Shown: piece by piece, positions 12,388 through 25,749 of the stretch
How the letters are laid out: every line of letters starts with the position of its first letter
Position numbering within the stretch: the stretch's first letter is position 1
Assembly (NCBI GenBank): GCA_015680685.1
Contig: MNCI01002984.1
Location: forward strand, 648,248 to 712,247
Reading direction: 5' to 3'
Source of the DNA: Gnetum montanum
Lineage: Eukaryota > Plantae > Gnetophyta
Length of the DNA: 64,000 nucleotides
The notes under the pieces: generated by a model
Told to the model about the DNA's origin: nothing
Databases searched by the model: none
What the model saw: only the letters and a program-made list of their open reading frames with translations
Made by a program: the position numbers and the translations under genes

Positions 12388-14559
12388 ATGCAGTTACAAC
12401 ACATCCATGGATTAGTAGATACAATGGGTAGCTTTAAAATTTTGAATACTCTTTCTTAGTAGTTAGTTACACTTTGGCTTAGGTTGGAACATGGTAGATT
12501 GATTATTTTATTAATTATTTATTAATTTTTGATTGTAAATGTCATCGTAGCTATTTGAAAAGGTTTAACTCCTGTAATTTGGTGTTTAATAGTTGATTTC
12601 TTAACTAAACCTTTGTGGGAGTTAGAAAAAATGCCAACAAAATTTTCATCAAAGATGGCACATTTGTGGCCCCTAGGACAAAGAGCTTACCTTTGGTAGC
12701 TATAGGGTCAAAGAATAGAGTGATTTGGATAAACAATTAGGAAGTTATGGGCTTTGGAAGGTTTTGGGCTCTGAAAATTTGAAAATCTCCCTTAACGTTT
12801 ATGAGAAAATGTAAACATTTCCAAGTGGGGTCATGCATATATATAGATTTTTTCCTGCTATGTTGATGGGGCCTCATATACAAGTCTGTTTCATCGATGA
12901 GGGTCCATATACGGAGCTTGGAGGAAAAATTTTGAAATTTGAGTATTTTAAAAAATACAATGAGTTTGGGGTCCATGGAGCCCTAAAAAAGCCAAGAATA
13001 TGAGAAAATCATTGAAGAGGATCTTTGAAAGCTCAGAAATTGAAAAATTCAATGGAGAATGTATTTATTAAGTAAAATATGTAAAGGAGCACATGGTTTG
13101 ATGTAGAAGATGGATGTACAAAAGATTCTAATTGCAAGAATGCCTAAGGATAAAGTGCGTAGCAAACCCAACCAAGAGAGATGCAAGTGGGTCCTCCCCA
13201 TAGTAGGCACATGCCTTATTTTGCCGTTGCACAACCTCAACCTAAGAAGTCCAAGGGCCCTATATGTGATTAATGGTTGATTGAAGTTAAGGACCAAAAC
13301 CTGAAAGAGTCTACCTAAGAATTCAAGTATGTCAAACCAAAACATTGAATCAAGAACATGGACTTCAGCAGTGAGGTGAATTATGGTCAATAGAGATGGA
13401 TGATGGAGAAGGTGGAATGGAATTCTAAATTGAGGCCATAAGAAGTCCCTTATGGAGTTTTGTGGTTAAAATGACTTGAGAAGATGCATCCTTAGTCTAG
13501 ACCAAAATCAACCTCTTTCAATGACTTCACATTGTCACTCCAAGACCAATCCACCCCCTCGAGACATAAGAGTGCACCCACAGAACAACCACCATTCCAT
13601 AGAGAGAAGAAAAGAGAAGGAGGAAGTGAGAGAGGGTCTTAATCAGAGGGGACCTTCAAGCATGGGTAACATGTCTTTATAGTCCCATAACCAATGCTTG
13701 TAGTCCATTTATTTGTCTAAGGGGTGTGCTTTGAATTCACATCATGTTTTTATTTCTTTTTTTTTAGATGGAAACCACATCACATAAAGACTTTATTTGA
13801 CTTATCGTTATTAGATGACATGGAACAGTAAGAAGTCTATGAAAATACTCAAGCACCCAAGTAAGTAGAAGAGTACAAAGAGTATTGAGTCCCCTTGAAG
13901 TCACACCTTGTACAAACCTTTGAATCCTTCCCAATTCTAGAAACTACCAAGGTCACTAATTTATTAAAATTTTATTTAATGAAAGGAACATTAAACTTCC
14001 AAAACAAGGAAAACCATAGAGTTTGTGAATGGGTGGATGTCGTGAAGGCACTACCTTTTCCATGAAAAAGAAACCATGACTTAGCCATCGATACAAAAAT
14101 TCAAAAATAGAAACTAGACATTAGCAAACAAAACATTAAGCACAAACCACCATTAGTAACAGCTATAGCACCATTTTTCCCTATTGGCACAAAGCACATT
14201 TATTAGCAACAATTTTAGAATCACACTTAAACAAAATAAAGTAAAACATATAAATTTAAAATATTCAAGAAAGATTTAAATGTACTAATGATGGTGTAAA
14301 AAATGGTGTAAAATAGGAAAAATATTTAAAATCAAAAATTGTAAAAGAAATAAATTACAAAGACAAAAATGTGTAAAACAAGAAAAATAGAAAAATTGAG
14401 GAGCCATATGGATGATTAACACGGATAGCCATCTTTCCCATAACTAAGTTGGAAGGAAGAGATCTAAAAAATTAAGTGTGGTTGTCCATCCATTGAGGTA
14501 TTTGTTGCATTGGCTTGCTTGGGCTTGTGGAAAGGCTTTACTTGTTGGATGTTAACCAA

Positions 14560-17500
14560 CTACTTTCTATTTGGGCTCTAAGGTTTGTAAATGGTCATGG
14601 CCCAAGAAGGAAAGGTTTCATCAATTATATAAGGTCCCTCCCACAACATTTGGAACTTTGTTTTCTAGGGTACATGTGTGGGGTTCTAGTAGAGAACCTT
14701 ATCTCCAAGTTGAAATTTTCCTTTCCATATTCTAAGGTTATGTTGTTGCTTGTTGAATGCCTTTTGCACTTTATTCAAAGATAGGGCTACTAATAGATTT
14801 TCATCTAGTACATTCAAGTTGATCAATCTTTTTTTTGGTGCTAGACTTAGGTCAAGATTCAGATCACAGGCTATTAAGAGTGTATGGAGCTTGGATTGAA
14901 TCGGGAGCAGTGTAAGTTTTCTATACACTAGCTTGTAGGAAGAGTAGCCAATAGGGAGTTTCCATTTTAAGTGGTAGGCCCAAAGGGCATTGTTGAATTT
15001 TATGCTCTAGTCTCTCCTATATTTGCTAATAGTTCTTATTAGAATGTTTGTAATTTCCCTGTTAGTTACCTCTACTTGACCATTGGCTTTGGGGTGATAG
15101 GATGTTGTTAATTTATGTTTAACCCCTAAGCATTGCATGAGTTTTCAAAAAGTGACACTTGTAAAATGAGTTCCATTGTTAAAAATCAATGCACGTGGCA
15201 CCCCAAACCTATTTACAACATTTTGTTGTACAAATCTAGCAATAGTGGATGATGTACAGTTGGTGATGGCTACTACTTCTGCCCATTTAGTGTAGTAGTC
15301 AACTGCTATGATGATGTATGCCTTTCCATTGGACATAGATGTGATGGAACCCATGAAGTTTGCGCCCCATATGTCAAAGCGCTCTGGTGGTTGAATCCAT
15401 TGTTGAGGACTCTTTATTTGAGTGATCATCCCACCTTTTCATTAATAGCACTTATAGAATCAAACAAACTAGTGGACATCCTTGAATATTGTAGGCTAAT
15501 AGTATCTTGCCATTAGGATTTTTATGGTTGTGCATCTCCCACCATAGTGGCCTCCATAGGGGCCTTTATGAGCATCTTGGAGAATGTGCAATTAGTCCAT
15601 ATTAGGGACATACCAACGAACAAAGCCATTGGCGCATACCTTGTAAAGGTGTTTGTTGATTTCCATGAAGTACTTAGCTCGATGAAGAAATTATTATTTC
15701 TTCCTAAAGTCTAGATCTTGTGGCATCTCCTAAGTGAAAAGGTAAGTGAGAATGTCATCATACCATTTTGGTTCTACAAGCATTTGTTCATTTATTGCTC
15801 CTATAAAGGGAGTTCGTCTAGAAATTGATCACAAAGTAGGCTCTCCTTCTCTTTGTTATCCCATCTTAACCAAGAGAGATGGTTAACAACCACATTCCCA
15901 ATCCCTTTCCGATCTACCATTTTGAGATCAAATTCTTATAAGATCACCAGCCACCATATGATACAAGGGCTCACCATTGGCTTGTTCATTAGGAAGCAGA
16001 TGACACTATGATTTATGTGCACAAACACCTTATAGCTAAGAACATAGTGCTTGAACTTCTTGAGAGCATACATCACTACCATTAGTTCTTTCTCAGTTGT
16101 GGTGTAATTCAACTATGCACCCACAATGCTTCAACTTGTGCAATGGATGTAATATGAACATTTCTTATCATCCAACTATGTAAGCATGACTCCCAAGACA
16201 TAATTAGATGCATTTGTCATTATATGAAATGGTCTAGACCAATCTGGTGCTTGTAAAATTAGAGTTTTTATGAGTTTTTCCTTTAGCTGTTGGAATGCAT
16301 GTTCACACTCCTTGCTCCAGATGAATGGAGCATCTTTCTTCGTAAGCTTGACTAATGGCTTTGTGATCTTAGAGAAATTCTCTATAAACCGCTGGTAGTA
16401 GCTAGTATGTCCAATGAATGATTGGACCTTTAACTATCTTTGGTTAGTGTGTGATTCCTTGGACGACCCTTATCTTTTTCAAGTCTACCTCAATCCTTGC
16501 TTGAGTACTTCTATGCCCCAGTACTCTACCTTTCTAGGCCACTAAATGGCTTTTCTGCCAATTGAGCTTAAGGTTTTTTTTAACACATATTTTTAGTACT
16601 TGATCAAGGTGATCCAAGGTTGCTCAAATGTAGCCCCATAGGTAGAGAAGTCATCTATAAAGGCTTCTACCGTGCTACCAATTTGCTATTGAAAAATACT
16701 AAGGACCATGTGTTGGAATGTTGCAGGGGCATTGCACAGACCAACCGACATCTTATAATATGCAAAAGTCCCCCAGGGACTCGTGAATGTTGTTTTGGCC
16801 TAATCTTTTGGCATAGTCTAGATTTGGTTATAGCCACTATAACCATCCAAGAAGCTATAATAACAATGCCCAAATATAGTCTTCAACACTTGATCCATAA
16901 ATGACAATGGAAAATGATCTTTAAATGTTACCATATTCAATAGCCTAAAGTCAATGCAGACCTACCACTTACCAACTTGTTTTGCCATAATTATGAGTGG
17001 GCTAACCCACTTACTATCTGTGATGGGATAGATGAACCTTACCTTGAAGAGTTATTCTATTTCCTCTTTGATGATTTGCTTCAACTTGGGTTTTAGCTAC
17101 CTTTGTGACTACCTTCTTAGCTTCATGGCTAGGTTAGTGTAGATACGATGCTAGCATAACCTTGGATCGATTCTAGTCAGCTCAGGATATGACCAAGCAA
17201 AGGCTGCTGGCCATTTGTTGATCACCTTCAACAGATTATCTTTTTATTTAGAAGCAAGATTTGCATTGATTATGACCAACTTGCCATTGTTTAAAAATGC
17301 ATACTCCATGCTGACTAGTAGAGTTTTTAACTATACGGGCTCTTGCTTGAAATTATCAGGGATTTCCAACTCTTCCTAATAGGTTTCATCATCTTCATCA
17401 TCAAAGAGTTGGTAATGAACTTGCTTAAGTTCATCCATGCTTTCAGCATAGGCAGATGTCAAGCTCTTAGTAGGTTCCATGCATAGTATGCTACTATTAA

Positions 17501-18060
17501 AGTTAGCTATTAGCCACTAAGTGCCCTCCTGTTTTGTGGTTGTTACATACAAGCACCTTTGGATATCAGTTTCATATGCACACTAATTGCATGCTTTGAT
17601 GAATGTACTTTTAATGGATTAGATTTTCTGCATGCAATTGCACCCATTATTGTTGAATGTAATGCATGGAACTCGCTTCTTCTTAAGCCATCCAAATTTA
17701 ATTTCCTTGGAGATTTCCAAGGAGAGGTCCCTAATGCCCATTCGTGTATCAATAGTGCTCAACCATGCACATCCCATAATGATAGGGAAGTTGCCTTTGT
17801 AGTTTTCAACCTTGATCACTAGAAAATTGGTAGGATAGGATCATGCACAAGCTATGGTCACAATGTTCTCCACTAACCCCAAAGGAATAGTGATTGCCTG
17901 GTCTGCCAATTCTAAATGGATATTTCTCTTCTTGAGAGGTGGTAGGTTCCAAGCTTTGTACATGTTGTAGGAGATGAGATTGATACCAAAACCAGAATTA
18001 AGAAGAGCTTTGCATGCACATGTCTTATGATCTAGAAGTAAATAAGAAGAACTTCTTGAG
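14560..18060 (-). pseudogene. Disrupted pol of element A (protease, RT, RNase H, integrase)
   Basis: ALLNSGFGINLI (decayed DSG protease, ~18000); CIDFRLLN and AFIDDFS (RT, ~16960 and ~16650); PFHIMTNAS and YTTTEKEL (RNase H); GPYGGHYG, FDIWGANFMG, AVDYYTKWAE, SYHPKANGQVEVTNREI (integrase); many stops and frameshifts. Confidence 0.92.
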
Positions 18061-18299
18061 TCAGATCATTTCGTGGGAAGGTTGCTAGCCTTGATCTAAT
18101 CAAAAACAACATGAGTTGACATCATAGTGTGGCTCTGAGGCAATGTTTGATTTGAAGGGCACTTGAATGTGTTTGATGCAGAGGATGAGGGTGTTCAAGA
18201 TACAAGGTAACTAATTGCATTAGGTTGTGAGGGTAATAGTGATGCTAGAATGAGGTGTGGCTGGTAGAACTTTGTAGAGAAATAGGTTGCTAAACATAG

Positions 18300-19305
18300 T
18301 ACCCGTATGGATTTGGTTGTCTATAAGGGTACTACTATCTTGGCGATGGCATTTCCCATGACTGTGATTGCTACCACTACTAGTATTGCTCATATGGTTG
18401 TGGTGGAGCTCCAGTTGGATAGTACTAGTGGAACTACCTTGGATTGCCCTGAGGATAAGGCAACTTTATGGGTGCCTACCTTCTTGCTAGTTGTGAATTT
18501 AAAATATACATTCCAGAATCTTGTAAGTGTGACACGATGGGATAACATCCCTTAGGATGTTCATATTGGCAGATGTCACATCCATCATCATCATCATCTG
18601 AGTATGTCTCCACAACTTCCTCTACTATAGTAGCTTTGTCCTTACCGCTCTAGTAGGCATGTTCAGCTTTTTTTCACTTCTTGTGGTTATGTTCACTATT
18701 ATGCTCTTTTGATTCTTCAACAACCTTCATAACAATTTAAAATGTTTTATCCAAAGAGTCCCATAGTTTATCAACCTTTGCCAAAATATCAAAAATAGAT
18801 TTTTGGATACACAAGGTTTTCCTATTCACCACCTCATCAAGTGGTGACTCCGCCTCATCATAGAATTGAACCTCCCTTTTCCTAATGGAAGGGTTCTTAT
18901 TATATTCTTTTGCACTTTCCATTTTTCACAACTCACCTTCTTCTTTTGCTACTTGCTCTATCAACCTTTGTATCTAATGAGCTCTTAGTTTAGATAGTCT
19001 CCCTTAGGCATAAAACCCAAGAGTTCTTTTGGTTTTTGCTCTAAGCCCATCTATGATGTGGTGGAGTTGTTCCCTCTAAGAATGACCATGGCTAGAGCAT
19101 TGATGTATGAGAGAATAATATCTAACCATGGTGGCATCCAATGGTTCATGTGTTTCCTGTTTCCAACCTTGGATTTTCCTTCTTAGATTGGACACTTGGA
19201 ATATGTCTAGTATTTATCATTGAATAACTCAAGCATTGTACTCCATTGGTGGATAGATTTTAGCTCCAAGGACCAGTACCAGCTTTCTACCTCTTTGATG
19301 AGTGT
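18300..19305 (-). pseudogene. 3' part of element A gag (5' part at ~28445-29460, split by element B)
   Basis: Removing element B and one TSD copy restores the continuous frame KLKLFPRTLIKEVESWYWSLELKSIHQWSTMLELF, typical of Retrotrans_gag. Confidence 0.85.
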
Positions 19306-20329
19306 TTATGAGCATCGAGATACCCCTATGCTCAACCATACGTATACAAGCATGTATGCACGCTCCGGTCGAACTCCGTGGATGGACTAGTTGTGGCACC
19401 TAGACAGTTATACGTTGATCGTAGTTCACTATCTTCCCACCTGGACTAGTATTTGCTTTGTCACATATGGTTTAGTCCAGAGTGAGGTCTATGATGTGGT
19501 TTCTACTACTATGCTACTCCTAAGGACAATGAGAAGTAACTTAATTAAGCTAATAAGCAATAAGAAATAAAATCTAAGCTAGCCTAAGTGCAATGAGCAT
19601 CCATCCTTAATCATCTGTACGCATCTTAGACTTCATGTATTACTTTTAGGATTGCCAAGCACGCATCACTCAAAACACTACTTGATATGCCATTGGGTTA
19701 CTACATGGTTACACTTAAATGTTCGTGATTAAGACGTACTCATTCCATGTTAAAAACAAGAATAGTAAATGATGATAAAAGAAATATTAACTAAGAAAAA
19801 ATAATAAATAATTAAGAATTAAACAATTAAAAACTAAGTGAATGCTGCAATGATGGAGTAATCTCGATCTTTATTGCCGATTGTGTATGTGTCCAAGTAT
19901 GTTGCACTCGAACAAAGATTCTGTACAATTACAAGCATCACACTACAGGCATGCACTCAGGAAAAGAACTAAAAACTAACAAAAAGGACTTCAGACTTCT
20001 AATGACTAATTAATGATTCCCATCTCATGTGCCTAAGTGCTATATTTATAGGCTAACACAAGAATCATGATATCATGTATATGATATCGTATCCAGGCTG
20101 TGATATCGCATACCCGATATTGGGGCCTAGCAAACCACGATTCATCATACCCCCACAACTAAATAAAAACTCATCCTTGAGTCAAACAAAATGAGGAACA
20201 AGTTCATTGGATTACATAGTGGATAGGTATAGGATTATGGACTGACTATGGATCATAGTGTGGGACTAGACAAAAAAAAATTGGGACACCAACACAAAAT
20301 ACAAAATACAAAATTGTTTGGAACTCATA

Positions 20330-23123
20330 TGGTTCCTAGTGATGGTGGCTCCTCCATGGGCTTTTTCCCTTTATCCTATGCTCCAGGCTTTTGAAATGGA
20401 TACTTTTGAAGGAGTGCTTGAAGTTTTTGCTCCTCTATTTGAATATCATGTGCCATCCATGTTGATGTTCCAATGTTTGATGGAGTTGGCACCTTCCACG
20501 GACACGACAGTTGTGGAAACATTTGATTGGCTTTGACATACCAAGCCGCAAACAGTTTTCATTCCTCCTCGTAGGCTCTGGCTTTGTCTCTAAATTCTTG
20601 ATAATCCATAAGTCGTTAAGCCAAGTCTACTGCAACATCTTTTTGGCCTTGGTAGCTAGCTTTTACCACCTCTATTTCAAAGTTTGCTACCTCTAGTTTC
20701 TGCAATGTCTTCTTGTGTTCAGCAAACTCTGTCTCATATTTGGCATAGACGGTAGCTACCTATTTTTCTAGCTCAGTCCTTAGGTGCCCTACTATTAACA
20801 TGGCCAAGTTGGCATACTGCAAATTTGCCAACTCCATGTATTATGTGAGATCTTGGATTTGTAGGTCCTAGCTCTTTAATTCTACTTGGTAGGCAAAGGC
20901 ATAGGTGTCCAATATGACTTGCCAATCAATGTGTTGAGCATTGAAAGAGTTAATGTGGTCCTTAACCATATAGATCTCTTTTTCAATGATCTCCTTATAC
21001 ATTCCCACCTAATCCCAAAAATTTTCCTTTAATTTTTTATGTCACCTAGCTTCATTCTACCATGTGCTTATTTCAATGGCCATCTTCTACCGGATGGTGT
21101 GTACCTTCTCCATTGAGAAGGTTCTGTTCTCTCTGGCTAAGTGACTTATGTCTTAGTTGAATCTTATTAGTTGTTCTTTCATTTGCTAGAAACTTTCCTC
21201 GAGAACATTCTTCTATTTTTCAACTATTGTCAACCGAAGATTTTTGATAGCAAGGAGTTTATTTTCTTCTTGTAAGGCCTTGAGTGCTTTTGCATGTGCA
21301 TATGTCTAAGCCTATGCTTTTGAAACATCCTAATCAACCTTCTCATTTTCCATTTCCACCCTTTTATTCTCTACTAGCAATTTATTTAGCTACTCTATCC
21401 TAAATGATTCTAGCTAATTATTTGGAACAAGTTGGAATGGATCTCGCTATTCAGCTTATAGGGCAATGAACTTTTCTTGGAGTCTCCTCAACTAGTCTTC
21501 TGCATGTTCACCCCTAACCTTAGCCATGACCAACTTTTCCTTAGTGGAAATGAGGTCTGATTATGCCACTGTGACATCCTAGGGGATGTCAAAAAAGGAC
21601 GTCATTACTTATCCTATTTGCAGTAAGTGATCCAGAGCATCCTCATGTTCTGCAGGAGTCATTAAGGTACCGGCTAGAACTTGAGCATCACGTGCTCCTA
21701 TGAAATCTGCTGGTGGCACAACAAGGATGTTGAATGATTTCCTGATGTGGTTTGTGACCACCTCTGGTACTCCAGCTACATCCTAGTGTTGCATGGCCAT
21801 CACTGTGGCGCCTTCACCAGATTCCAATTGTACTTGGAATGATGCAACATTGCCCAAAATCTATTATGACCAATGAAATTCCCCTCCTCTTATTTGTATT
21901 AAGACCTCATCCCTTGCATGATCAATTGATATGGTGGGTTGTATGGCATCATTGATCACCTTGAAGAGATTGGCCTCATCCCTACTTTCCCAACTGACTA
22001 TTTTTGCAATGGCCCTAAGATGGCTCATTAACGGTTAGTAATCTTGCAGTAGTGGTGGAGGTTGCTAGTCCTATTGGCTTATGGGCTATGTGCTAGGCCC
22101 TACTTTTTGTTGTTGGCTAAGTCTCATGTCAGGAAGTTGGCTACGCCCTACTATTTGAGGTGTAGTGGGCCTAACCGTCTATTCTTGTTCAGGCTCCAGT
22201 GTCTCACCAACATCTTTTCTTGGTGCTAATGGCTTCAGTAATTTGGCATATGAAGCATTTTGAGCTTTTTTGGGGATGTCATTAGTGTACCCCAGAATTA
22301 TTGCATGCTGACATAACTTCTTGATTAGACATGGAAAGGGGAGTGTAAACTTTCTTGTCTTTTGTTCTTCAAACCACCTCAATATCTCTGTTAAATACAA
22401 ATGGGGAAAATTGGCATCAACCTTGCCCATCAAGATCGCACTTCCTCTAGTCGCATAGGTTGAAATCCTATTCAACCCCTTCATTTGGAAAATGTGATAG
22501 GTGCCAATCTTAAAATAAATTCTTTCTTCAAGGGTTAGTTCTCCATATGTTTTGTCTTCTTTGCCGTGCGTCCTTTTTAGCCATACTTTTCTTACATTTG
22601 CATTGAAGTAGGTGGACATATGAGCAACTTTAGGTCCTATATTTGGGAGATTTAGAACTTTTGCAATGGTCTAAAAATCAACTGAAATTCCACCAATTTC
22701 GACGATGGTGCCTTCCTCTTCATTATGCCAAAATTGATAGGTTTCCCCCAAATACAATTCTCCACTTTCTAAGAGGATAGACCATAGTGGAGATCCCTTG
22801 AATTGATCCTTGACTCGTTCAGGGGTGAATTCGGTAAAATGCCCAAAATTAAGTTCCACAATCACCACAGTGGATGTGGACCTTTCCCAAATGGCTTGAA
22901 CACATTCTAGGGACAACATGAGATGTTGTCCTTATTCGGATGCCCTACCCTCTCCGCCTTTTGCTTGACCAGATTGTGCAATAATAGGGGTTTCTTAATA
23001 GATGTTGAATGATTGTGCCTCTTAGTCTACATGTTCCACATGAGGTCCTTAGCCTCTGCCTCTTCTTGGATGTTTAGATGCACCTTGAGAAGGTCCTCCC
23101 TATTGTCCTCATTTAGGGGCCAT
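20330..23123 (-). pseudogene. Disrupted accessory ('env-like') ORF of element B
   Basis: Starts ATG GCC CCT AAA (MAPK); contains GELYLGETYQFW and TLPFPCLIKKLCQ, matching the element A ORF; C-terminal half coiled-coil-like. The 3' end is approximate. Confidence 0.75.
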
Positions 23124-25749
23124 CTATAATCATACAAAGATCGATTATTAGTAAGGTTATTTAAAGAAGTTCAATTATCTCATACCTTACTCATTACCTT
23201 TGATAAATGTTGAATTCTTTGCTTAGTGTGATTTTAGAGTTAGAAATTTTTTAAGAAAGTTCCCGTAAAATTTTTAATGCTGGGCCTAATTTGATCAGGT
23301 GACTCCAATAATAATTTAAATGATTTGGGTGAAGGAATAAAATTAGTTTGGCATGAGTTTTTAACATTTTTTGATAGTACTTACCCCTATGATATCCTTT
23401 GAGTGATAGCAAATTTCAAAAAAGTTATGTGCAACTTCTACTATACCCCTTTCCCACGACTGAGTTAAACACTCCAAGTTTAAGTAGGTGCGATCGGAAA
23501 GGAAATCAGAGCGTTAATGAGTGAGACATTGACAGTTGAATGTTAGACTCTCAAAGCGCTAAAATTGTGGAAGAAAATTTGAACAACTCCGCCACGTAAA
23601 CTATTGAAAATGACTTCTAAGTGTGTGGGGGTTCCATATATATAGGTTTTATAGATGCGATATCACATACGCGATAGCATGTACTTGATATCACGTTGGA
23701 CCTGATACTAGGTACTCGATCTTGCATCCATTCAAAATAGGGTACTTAGTAAAATTGATGAATTTTCGAGTTTTCATAGCCAAAAATGAAAGATTTGAGG
23801 TAGATTTGAAAGGTCTGGGGTAATTTCAAGTGGAAATTAAGGCCCCAAAAGTGTAATGAAGTGGAATTATACAATGAAGTTCTTTGAATAGGGTGAGGAA
23901 AAAGGACATGTCGTGGTTCTAAGGAATGTTTGGTTGAAATAATGACAAAGGAAAGACTAGATTCAACAATGTAGTACTCGGAGGGTATAAAATGATGTGG
24001 TGCTGTGCAACAAGTATAAATTACAAAAGTCACGCAAGTGGATCCTCCCCAAAGCAGGTTCCAACCTATAATGCCCTTGCGTAATCAGACCTTAAAATGT
24101 TTGTAGGCACTAGAAGGGTTAAATGCAATACACACCTGTGTAACAAAACACACACATGTTAACTACCACCACAATGAGGTATGAATTCTATGCCACATAA
24201 GACACAAGTTATAAGTATTTGGACAATGATATGAGATGAATTGTAGACAAATTGTAGAAGGGATTGCAGAGATCGAGATGTGAGGTAACTTAACCTGGGC
24301 ACAATGAATCCAAAATGTTATGCATGATTAAAGTACCATTAGCTTGTCACTCTAAGATCAAACCAAGTCCACATCTTTGATCAGTGACATTGCATTGTTT
24401 CATCCCAATAATAGACAACCATAAGAGCATCATGACAACAACGTGTATGATCACTTGGTGTTTTGTGCAAGGGAGGAGTGATTCAAATTTGTCTACGACA
24501 TGTTTTTCTTGAGCTTTTCTTTTCTACTTCCTTTTCTTTTCTTCTTCTAACCACTTTTGCACTTTGTCTTTCCCAACAAGGATCTAGAGAAGGCAAAAAC
24601 CTTTAGGCATGGGTGCATGTCTTTCCAATGGGACCCCCAGAACAACATTGAGTTCCTTTATTACAACTCTTACTCCCATTGTTCATTAGATCTACAAGGA
24701 TCTTAGTACAACCAAGCTACATGATAGCAAAAATAGATGTCACCAAAGAGAATTCACAAGTTCCCTTGATATCACACCCTTGCCATTCCCTCTTAGTCCC
24801 TCACTCTTTACTCTAAGCATAATGACTACAATGTTACTTTAAGTTTTAATGATAACAAGAATATCATCATACCCAGAGTAGAACCTCTTATTAATAGAAT
24901 GGGTGGGTGGACGTTGTGGGCTCACTATCCAAATAATTAATCACTTGTGACTCAACAACATAGAACAACACCTCAACTGACTGGTCACATGAGTATTTAC
25001 TTCATAGATGAGATTACCGTCAACAAGATAAAACAACAAATTGGAAAATAAAGAAATAGAAAACAAAAAATTGTAAAACCAAAGAAAAGGAAAAACATTT
25101 ACTAATTCTGCTTGTTAGAATGGGGGTATCCCCCATGACTAAACCTTTGATCATGGTAAGAATTAATAAATGGAAAGTTTGGAGCCATGCATGTTGGAAA
25201 TATTGGGGTTCGGTCATATTCAAACCACTAGGTGTCTTTTGGTGTGGTGGTTGGAATGTACCTAACTTGGGGTTCACACACTTGATTAAAGTAGGCATAG
25301 TGGGGTAGATTATAGGATGTGGCCATGTGATAAGAAGCTAACCCACTATGGCACCTGTGACCATAAGACGGTATGCAAGGATTGATATGTCTCCCTACAT
25401 TGATATATTCATTGGGCTGCATGGTTATTAATTGGTGGCCTAGATAGGGTAATAGGAGGTGTTGAGTTTGAAGAAAAAGGTGCATCACCATGTTGGGTTT
25501 GTGTTGAGTTGGAGGATGCAGTGGTTCTAGAGACATGCTATCTCTTTTTACGACCATGCCTAAAGAAAGGACCCTTCTGATGATGTGGAGGACTCCCACT
25601 GTTGTTAATTATAGCAGCACAAGTAATGTTCATTAGTTGGTACTGTGATGCCAAACCTTCTGATACTACTAGTGGTGATGTAGAAGGAGGTGAAGGATGA
25701 GAATATTAAGAGTAGGGAGAAGTGTAAGGGGCATGAGGTGGTGATTTTG

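Noticed and set aside
19296-19302. TGATGAG at 19296 as the start of the element B LTR
   Set aside because: It is host gag sequence (TLIK on minus); the AGTGT TSD places the boundary at 19306.
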